In this document: piece by piece, positions 55,068 through 64,000 of the stretch
How the letters are laid out: each line of letters starts with the position of its first letter
Numbering within the stretch: the stretch's first letter is position 1
Origin: Felis catus
Lineage: Eukaryota
Assembly (NCBI RefSeq): GCF_018350175.1
Contig: NC_058368.1
Location: 10,106,001 to 10,170,000, forward strand
DNA length: 64,000 bases
Reading direction: 5' to 3'
Notes under the pieces: generated by a model
The model's input: only the letters and a program-made list of their open reading frames with translations
Told to the model about the DNA's origin: nothing
The model's database searches: none
Program-made: the position numbers and the translations under genes

Positions 55068-55452
55068 TTGTTTTGATTTTGTTTTTGAGAGAGAGAGAGG
55101 GCACAAGTGAGTGAGGGGCAGAGAGAGAGAGAGACAGGGAGAGAGAGAAAGAGAGAAACAGGACTCACCTGAAGTGGGGCTCATGTTCACGTGAAGTGGC
55201 GCTTGTGTTCACCCAAAGTGGGGCTCATGTTCACCCGAAGCAGGGCTGGAGCTCACGAGAAGTGGGGCATGAGTTCACTTGATGTGGGACTTGAACTCCC
55301 ATCCAAGTACTAACCAGGCCCGACCCTGCTTAGCTTCCGAGATCAGACGAGATCGGGTGCGTTCAGGGTGGTAGGGACTTGAACTCATGAACCGTGAGAT
55401 CATGACCTGCGCTGAAGTCAGATGCTTAACCCTCTGAGCCACCCAGGCTCCC
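55068..55452 (-). mobile_element. Can-SINE with internal 22-bp tandem array (SINEC_Fc3-like), hosting the 5S fragment
   Basis: Minus-strand head GGGAGCCTGGGTGGCTCAG, five 22-bp units at 55171-55280, (CT)n and A-rich tail. Degenerate TSD TGCATTGYAYT at 55057-55067 and 55453-55463. Sits in L2-like sequence. Confidence 0.85.
55296..55373 (-). pseudogene. 5S rRNA retropseudogene fragment (about nt 12-89 of 5S)
   Basis: Minus strand reads TACCACCCTGAACGCACCCGATCTCGTCTGATCTCGGAAGCTAAGCAGGGTCGGGCCTGGTTAGTACTTGGATGGGAG, which is 77/78 identical to the recalled mammalian 5S rRNA (one CpG-type change at 55358). Truncated at both ends and flanked by GGGACTTGAACTC direct repeats. Confidence 0.95.
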
Positions 55453-57809
55453 TGCATTGCACTTGGAATGAAATCCAAGTTTCAGTTCCTTCTCTTTGTT
55501 CACAAGGTCCTGCGAGACTGCCATAGCCCTTGCTTACCTCCTCACTGTTCCTCCTCCCTCCATCCCCTCGTTCATCAGGCTCCAGCCACATGGGCCTTTT
55601 TAAAATTCCTATAGGATACCGTTTCCCCCCACCCCCCAGCCTTCAACCAGTGCACAGGCTGTCCCCTTTGCCTGCATTGTTCTTCTCCCAGCTCTTTCTG
55701 TGATTTTACTGTGTCATTCTGTAGACTCCAGAATGTCCCCTTGCCTGTGAGACCTTTCCTTACTGTTTTAGCTGAAGAAGTGTGCCACCATATCATTTGT
55801 TGCCTTCTAGCACCTGGCATTTTGCAGTCGTTTGTTTACTGATTCTTGTTTTTTGTTGTTTTTGCTTTATTCTTTCTTCCACTATTCGGCAGGTGCCCCA
55901 AAGGCCTTTATTCACTGAGAATCTAGCACGGTCGGTATAGTCTAGTCTGGGTGTGGGAGGTGCTCTGTAAATTTGTGGAATGATGGAAAAAATATACGGG
56001 AAATACACTTTTTGAAATTAGATGAGTATAGAATCAAAAGACCTCCCTACTTCAGGTAAATATTAAGGGTGATGGGAAAAGATTTGAAATGTCAGCCTTC
56101 TTAAAAGATGTCTTCGAGCTTCTAAGCAAAGGCCTTTCTGCATGTACAAATTACCATCTCCCTATGTGTAGATAAATACCCAAGACCTGCCAAGACTCTC
56201 TCCTAAATCTCTTAGCTCCGTCTGTTCCTCTCCCTCCCCAAAGCCACGGCCGCCCGTGTCTCCCCCTTGGATGACCTCTATTCCAGCTCTCTTTTCCAGG
56301 TTTGTCGCTTCCGATCCATCGCCAGGACCATCACCATAGTTTCCAGATGTGCGAATTGATGTCACCTTCCAGCTGAAAACCTTTCAGTGACTCCCCAGTG
56401 TCCTCAGGGGACACTAAGCTAAATGCCTTAAATGCGAGGCTGTACAATCTGGTCCCTGCCTGCCACGCCAGCATGCTCCCTCACCAGCCCCCACACTCTC
56501 CCCGAGACCTTCTGCTTTCCTTCCTCCAGACCCACGGCGCCCCCGACGGCCTTGTGCCTTGCGCACACACTGCCCCCCTCCCGTGGGCCACCGGCCGCTC
56601 CCTTCTTGCAGCCTATGTCTGTCCATAAATGAAGTCCAAAGACAGGCTTCGTGTCTCTCCTGGGAGTCTTCTCTGATCCCCCACGTTTGGATTGCTGGCC
56701 TTCCCATATGTTTTTATAGATCTTATTCTTATCTTTTCCACATTATTTATCACCCAATATTGTCATTCTCTCTTTTTTGTTCTGTTTCTCTAGTATTTGA
56801 AGCTTCTAAAGCGCAGGGGCCATGTCTTATCTTTGTATCTTCATCATTGTATTAAGGCCCATGAGTGAGAAGCACGAAAAGGTGCTTGTTTTCACATTGA
56901 GGCCTGGGGAACTTGGCTTCGATGAATTAGAACAGCAGACAGAGACAGCAGAACTGGTTCTTGCTTGGCTGTAGATTATGCGCATGGTCCCAGTGGTTTT
57001 GAACGTGCTGTAGATGCACGTTTGACTGGGGACTTTCTGCAAGTGCCATGCTAATCTTAAATGGGCCAGTTTCTCTCCTTGGGCTATAGATACACTAGTG
57101 CGGCATCAACCGTTCTCAAGTGAAAAAGAAAGAGTGGGAGCTGAGCCCCTGAGGAGCAGGGATGGCTCCCCGCGAGGAGTCCAAGGCTTGGAGGTGTGGT
57201 TACCATTGGGTCACGTTAGCTCTGAGTCATGGTTATCCCATCAGGGCAAACTTCAGTTCCACTACGGGGACTTCAGGCATAAGTTGGGTCCCTTGGGATC
57301 AAGAACTTCTCTTCTTGATGATACTGAAGGAACTCATTAACGTGAAATTTTGTAAAGACAATAAAAGCGTGCGTTGAGAAGAACGAGGTCGATTACTGTG
57401 ATAACGGCTAAGGATCAATGAAGAGTAAGACTTAATCTTTATCTTCAAAGGAACGCAGAGTAAGTCTAGGCTCTAACTTTGTCTTTTCTGGGTCTTCACG
57501 TCCAATTGCTCCACTACGCTGCTTGATCCTGGTCTACACAGACCAGCCCCTCAAAACCTTTCACAACCTGGTTTCTAACTTACCTCTCCTGATTCACCCT
57601 CAGCTACTCCCTGCCCTGCATACCTCACACTCTTGCCAGCGAGATCATACTTAATGAACACAGTGCACAACTTTTGCTGCCTTGTTGACCCATCACCGAA
57701 GCACATCCTTCGCTGTGTCTGCCATTTAACTCTTGTCTTCCTTCCGTTCCCCTAACAGAGCTCATTATACCCTCTCTGGGCTTCTATAGCACCTGTTGAA
57801 GGCTCTGAG

Positions 57810-57970
57810 TCAGTGATTCTTAAGCCTAGGGGAAGCTTGTTTACAATGTAAGTGCCTGGGGCCCCACTTCTAGAGATTCTCAATGTCTGGGATGAGGTTC
57901 AGCAACTGTGTTTTGGAAGAAGCTTCCTAGGTAAGTGTGCTGTATTATCTCCACGTGAGAACCACGGTTC
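57810..57970. mobile_element. MER5A-like element
   Basis: cagtgattcttaa...cctggggccccacttctagagattct...ggtctg-like...tgagaaccac. Confidence 0.6.
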
Positions 57971-58918
57971 CAAGTGTTACGGTTACAAGATGTCACATTC
58001 CGTATCTGTTTGTCGTGTGTACATCTTTCTAATCACGCTAGTTTGAGGTCGTGCAAGGTAGAACGATGACTAAGTTATTTTTAGCTTTGGCACGGAGCAC
58101 TTCAAGGACTTCACCAAGAATTTATTTTCCTCCTATAAAGCTACTAGTGATATACAAAAACCAAGGTATAGATGGTGCTTCCTAGGAACCATACCAGATG
58201 GTTTCCCAAAATATCTTCAGGGATATCCTGTTTTTAAGCCCTAGAGTTGCATCTTCTCTATAACTTTGTCTTCTCCTTGGACAGGTTATGAGGTCATTAT
58301 GAGGGCCATTGAATACCCACATCCTCTCTTCCTGACTCATCTAAATGAAGAGGCAGCACGTAGTGAAGCTTTCTCTCACTGTGCTGGTCTAGACGTAAAT
58401 CATTTCTAAACAGATCATTAAAATGCTCTTGGGTGCCAGTAGATGCCATCACATATTGTTGGATGTACCTTTGAATTAAATATCCATAAAAACTACGGGA
58501 AAATGAATTCAGGACAAGACTCGAGTTTAGTTTCAGTAGATCGTGGCACCATTCGGATATTGCTCAAGATGGCCATGTTAACATTCTTGTCCTGAATAAA
58601 ACTGGTGGTGTGTGACGTGCCTCTGAACCACCTTGGTAGCCAGAATTAGGGATGAACTCCCTCTAAGTGAGGTAGCTTGTGCCTCCTCTGTGATCTGGTA
58701 GCGCTTGTGGAAGCTGGCGTTTAGTCAGTGCCTCGTAGGTATTTACTGATTATTTATCATCATATCATCGGTATTTGATGAATATTCGGTAGCAGAGTTA
58801 TTACAACGAAATAATGGCGCCGTTGTCCGCCAGTGACAACGATGTTACCTAACCCTCCATCAGAAAGGGATGAGCTTCAGGTGGTTCTTTTCCAGGTGAT
58901 GGGGATGGTATGCACTTC

Positions 58919-59070
58919 TAGGGTTGCCAGATTTAACTAATGAAAATACAGGATGCCCTGTTACATTAGAATAACAGTATTGAGTAGATAAGCGAGTATT
59001 TTACAAAAATTCTTCGTTATTTATCTGAAATTCAAAGTTAACGGGCGTCTTATGTCTTACATGTCAATCA
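58919..59070. mobile_element. MER53-like hAT MITE
   Basis: tagggttgccagattta...aaaatacaggatgccc...ttatctgaaattcaaa...gggcgtc. Confidence 0.7.
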
Positions 59071-59397
59071 TAGCCTTACCTGAGATCTCTCTCTCCACTC
59101 CCCACCCTGCTCCAGGGACGAGGCATCCCTACTGGAATGAGGGATGCCTTCTGTGTCCATTGAGCAGAACGGAAGAGTATTCCAAACTGACATACAATAT
59201 ATTCATTAAAACCCACTTCTAATCATTGGAGCATATACTTCCCATGCCTGATAAAGCAGAAAATTATTTCTTGGTTGAAATATCCATAAAAACGACATTG
59301 ATTGTACCTCTAAATACGAGAAGAGTGGGTTTAGTGTGATAAAATTGGAAGCTACTGCCGGAAGTAAAAATGGAATGAAAATATGATGCTATTTTAA

Positions 59398-59640
<243 letters not shown>

Positions 59641-61279
59641 TAAAGCAACTTTATAGATTCTGTCCTTGTTCCAAGATTCTTCAGCACATTGGGCCCTGGC
59701 AGGTAATCTTGGTGACAGTCACAAAGAATGCCAGTGATCCCTGTAAGCCTCCAAGGGATCAAAACTAGGCCTAGCTTCAAACCCAGGGAAGGAGTAAGTT
59801 CTGGGAAAGAACTGATTCCTTTTGCTGTGAAATGAGTGCACGCTCTGCCTGGGGGCAGCAGCGGGGATCGAGGGACACTTCCTCCTTGTAAAACAAAAGG
59901 AAGAATTTAGTTACTGTAAAATGACTAAAAAAAGAGACTGAGTGGGACTGAAATTAGATTTGTCAATCATCCCCTGGAAGCTTGACCGTATGGTATGTCC
60001 ATCAAGTATCTTCAGATTCAGCAACCATTCCATTCACGTATTCTTTTACGATCCTGATTCCTACTGTTTTCAACAGAAAAGCTCTTAAAAGTTCCATGAG
60101 CAAGCCACCTCCAAGCTACTGGCTAAGAGCATAATTTGCTGTCAGTCTGAGATGGTGATATATTCCTGGTGTGGAGTTGGGATCGAGTAGTACTCTAGAC
60201 AAAAATCACGGGATAGAAGCTTAGCCTCTCGGGATTAGAAGACAGCGTAGAAGTTACCTCATCTGGATCTCACACCCTGTGGGAATCCCCTCTACCCCAT
60301 CCTTGCCAAGGGCTGATGTTGTCACTCTTTGGAGGATACCCCCCACCCCCAAGGCAACTCTTTCATTCTTAGATACCCCAGCTGTTGGAAAGTTCTCAGT
60401 GGCTGGAACCTTCCTTGCTACATTGGCTTTGGTTCTACGTCTTCCTACAGAGGTTAACTAGTGTGAGTTATTCTATGAAAACCTTCCTTTATACCTTCCA
60501 CGCTCTCTACCGAAAGCATTTCCAGACCCTCCAAATGCTCTTCTGAGGATGTAGCATCAAAGTGCCCTCTTCCTCCCCCTGCTTCCTTCCCCCGGCCAGT
60601 GGTCCCTATAAAGGGACAAGCTGGGACTGAAAGCAGTATTTAAGGTGTCCTTAAGGTTCAAAGATTGGGCACGCTGTAGAAGTTAGGTTCTCACCTCATG
60701 TTTTCATTGCTTTTTTTTTTTTTCTGTGATAATTTCATGACCATCGGAACCCACATTAAATGAGCAATATCCAGAATCAAACGTAAGTGATTTTGGTTTT
60801 GCTTGCACCTGATGCCTTTATTAGTCTGAACGTGTAATGAGAGCCAGCTGGAGGTGTCATCACCGCTCACCTGAACACACCTGGGGCCCTGAGGGACTTC
60901 TCTTAGTGTGTCAGCCCATGTCTGCACAGGGGATGGCACAAAAGGGAAAGAAGCTTCTGTGAAGGCAGTAGTTTACTAAGGAGGTAGTGAATGCTACCAT
61001 CCCAACACGCTGAGCCGCAGAAGAGTCGATTTCAGGGAGCATTTTTCTGAAAACGGAGGTCAAACTTGAGTCTCCGGCCATCAGCCCCAGTCACCACCAC
61101 TGCCAACAGCAACGGTCCTGAGTCGGAGCAGCTCTGCTCGGCCCGAGTCCCGGGAGGAGTCACTCATGTACAGCGCCTCCCTTTCCAGCACCTTAAGGGT
61201 GATGATTAAGCTCCGAGTTGGGTTCAGGGCTGTTGGGGGCTTGCTAGACAAATAAGGGCAGGAATTCTTTACTCAGTGA

Positions 61280-61492
<213 letters not shown>

Positions 61493-61659
61493 TGAGTTAC
61501 TGTTTAATGGATTTGCAGATCATAATACACTGCTTTATGCAAATAGAAACTGTTGCAACTTTCAGCCGCTGGGGTTAAATGTTCACGAAAAGATAGATAT
61601 TGCCTCATAGAAATCCCATAGTTTTGTGTAAGCCTCAGCCCATTGAAAATAACGTTTTC

Positions 61660-61887
61660 TTTTTCTTTTTTGTTTTTAACTTTTTAGTGTTTATTTTTAT
61701 TTTTGAGAGAGAGAGAGAGAGAGCGAGCAGGGGACGGGCAGAGAGAGAGGGAGACGCAGAATCTGAAGCAGGCTCCAGACTCTGAGCTGTCAGCAAGGAG
61801 CCCGATATGGGCTTTGAACTCACGAACCGTGAGATATTGACCTGAGCTGAAGTCGGATGCTTAATCAACTGAGCCACCCAGGCGCCC
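61660..61887 (-). mobile_element. Can-SINE
   Basis: Poly-T, (GA)n and reverse-complement head, about 180 bp after TEX26 exon 6. Confidence 0.92.
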
Positions 61888-62788
61888 TGGAAAAAAAGCT
61901 TTCTTAAAAGAAGCCCCAGTGACTGTAGCCCCACTTATTACAAAAGAAACACCTAGCTTTTCACTCATTCCTGATCTCGCTTGTTTCACTCATTCAGCCC
62001 GTGGTTGAATTGCTCCCATACGACTTCTGTTTTTATGACAGTTAAGTGATTTCTTCTGTGGGTGTTTATACTGTCTCACGATTTCGTTTTATCTTATGTG
62101 ATCTTTATTTCCTGTTTGGTGGTACTTTTTGTGACAGCCTTTTAGAGTACATGAGAATCTCGGTGTATAATGCCCTCAAAAAGAGCGAAGGCTGTGCTCA
62201 GGACAGTGTTAGTTCATTCTGCGTGACAAAGACTTATCCCAGCTCAGGACCTGGGGACTGGAATCTCCTCGAGAGCATCTCAGGGGCTGCTGGTCATTCT
62301 GTGCCTGTATAAAATGTCAACTCAGAGCAGTTGGAGTGAAGGAAACTCAACTCCTCCAACAGCTGTGTGCTCAACACCCACTGCTAGTGACTGCCCTGTC
62401 ACTCCTCATCTTTGAGCACATGCCCCAGTGCAGACATTTATTTTTATGCAGTATATTCATACGCCACTAAACTAACGTATTAGGTAAGTTATAAAACACA
62501 CTAAATGCTAAAGGAAGAAGTGCTTCGGGCTGTGTGGGGGTCACACACACAGCCTTGTTTTGTGCCCTGTGCTCGAGCGTAAGCTTAGGTCTTCCGCCAG
62601 CTCCTCAGTAATCCTCCGACTGCTCCCTGTCGCCTACCTGCCTTGGTCCCCAATCTCTGTCCTTTGCCTGTCCCCAGCTACGATCGGAAGAGCTTGATCT
62701 TCTGAAATCTTCACTGAAACCCTTTTATCCTGAGATCTCCTACCCCACACAAAACTGAAACCCTACTGTGGGCAAGACAGAAAAGGGA

Positions 62789-62794
62789 GTGTGT

Positions 62795-62833
<39 letters not shown>
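62789..62833. repeat. (GT)n microsatellite
   Basis: GT run with one AT interruption. Similar dinucleotide runs at 14729-14748, 28083-28116 and 32328-32358. Confidence 0.93.
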
Positions 62834-62836
<3 letters not shown>

Positions 62837-64000
62837 GGGGGAAAGAGGATACTTCCCATGATTGCAGACTGAAGGCTGATGGCCCAAAGGCCTTTAAAAG
62901 AGCTTAAATGTTGGGTTTTAAGAGGAACAAGAAGCAGGTGTTTTGCCTCACTCTAAGGCAGAAGCAGAAGTCTGTCTTTTCCATCGGGAGCCTCATTCCT
63001 CTCAGCAGGTGCCTCTCGGCCCGCTTGGCACGTCAAAAGGAAACCAAGAGGCTCTTTGAGGTCGGCTGGTCAGATCTTCCAGGGAGTCATCCCATCAAGC
63101 TCAAGCCTGCTTTCTGTTCCTTTTCCCAGCTTGGTTCACCTATATAAAACTGTAGTCAGCGTCCTGTAAGGTGTTCCTTGCACCTTGGAGCCACATCTGT
63201 GTGACCCTATAGAGTGCTCCCAAAGCAGATGCTCCCATCTGCCCAGGGACTTGAAATACAGATGCAGCTGTCGCTTCTCCGCCTGCGTGGAAAAACCGTG
63301 GTGGCTGCTGGCACTTCTGTCCTTGGTTGTCTGTGTGTGCGATTTGTAGTTGAGCCTTAGCGGTGCCCCCCAGGGGTGAACTGAGGACTCTTTAGATGCT
63401 TTGCAGCCTCTGCTCCACTCAGATGTACCTTCTCCAAGATTCCTAGCATAAGCCGATTCCGTTGGACTTCTCCAGTTGGGCTTTTCTCTCCAGACAAGTG
63501 GGACATGGCCTATTACTTAACAAAGTAGCCTTGGGGCCAAGCTAGGCTTCGGTAGCTTTTCAGATCTCCTCTGTTCCTGGTGCCCTCAGGACGGGTGCTG
63601 GGGCAGGTACAAGATGCTTGTGCCCCAGAGCCTTGCCATTTTGCACTGACTTGGTGGCTTGTAGGATCTGCTTGCTCTGGGGTCTTGGTTTCTCTTCCCT
63701 AGTTTTGCTTTAGAATGACCTACCCATCAGCCAGCTATGCTACAGGCTGACAAGCAAGTAGGAGGTTCCCTTTGAATTCTAGTGTCTGGGACGACGCTTA
63801 TGCTTTTTGGATGGCGAGTGCCTCAGCAGAGCTCATTTGTGGTAGGGCTGAGCCAGGAGGCAAGAGACTAACAATCTTGGCAGGCATATTAGGCTGAATG
63901 AATGATTACCACCTCAGCTTAAAGTATTTTACTGGATTATCCCTCTTAGACAGTCTCAGAGCCCAGAACAGGTACATTTTGAAAGAGAGAGGGGAAGGGG

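Noticed and set aside
55296..55373. Functional 5S rRNA gene
   Set aside because: Lacks about the first 11 and last 30 nt, has an incomplete box C and no terminator, and is not in a tandem array.
55171..55386. CRISPR-like reading of the 22-bp array with a captured 5S 'spacer'
   Set aside because: Units are contiguous with no unique spacers, the context is eukaryotic with no cas genes, and SINE-internal repeats plus a TSD explain it.

Overview
Mammalian genomic DNA, almost certainly felid: it contains many young Can-SINEs of the feline SINEC_Fc type. Two spliced protein-coding genes lie in tandem on the + strand. MEDAG is complete, with 5 coding exons (11204-26990, 921 nt including stop, 306 aa) behind a CpG-island promoter. 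TEX26 is partial, with coding exons 1-6 (35311-61478, 805 nt); its last exon lies beyond the window. All exon junctions were read by hand as GT-AG and keep the frame. The rest is typical intronic/intergenic sequence: about 20 Can-SINEs (several with clean TSDs), MIR/L2/L1M relics, MLT and ERV LTRs, hAT and mariner relics, and microsatellites. Apart from those overlapping these exons, the six-frame ORFs look spurious. No new protein-coding system is supported. The most unusual element is a 78-nt, tail-less 5S rRNA fragment inserted with a 13-bp duplication into the B box of a tandem-repeat-bearing Can-SINE, in the same orientation, giving a tRNA-SINE/5S chimera (55068-55452). Other leads: a perfect 3x19-bp TEAD+SMAD-motif repeat and a 10-bp-phased E-box array in MEDAG introns, a (GCG)7 poly-Ala tract, a 70-bp local duplication that preserves a SINE empty site, and inverted young SINEs around TEX26 exon 3. 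Gene and repeat-family names come from recalled sequences, not from database searches.
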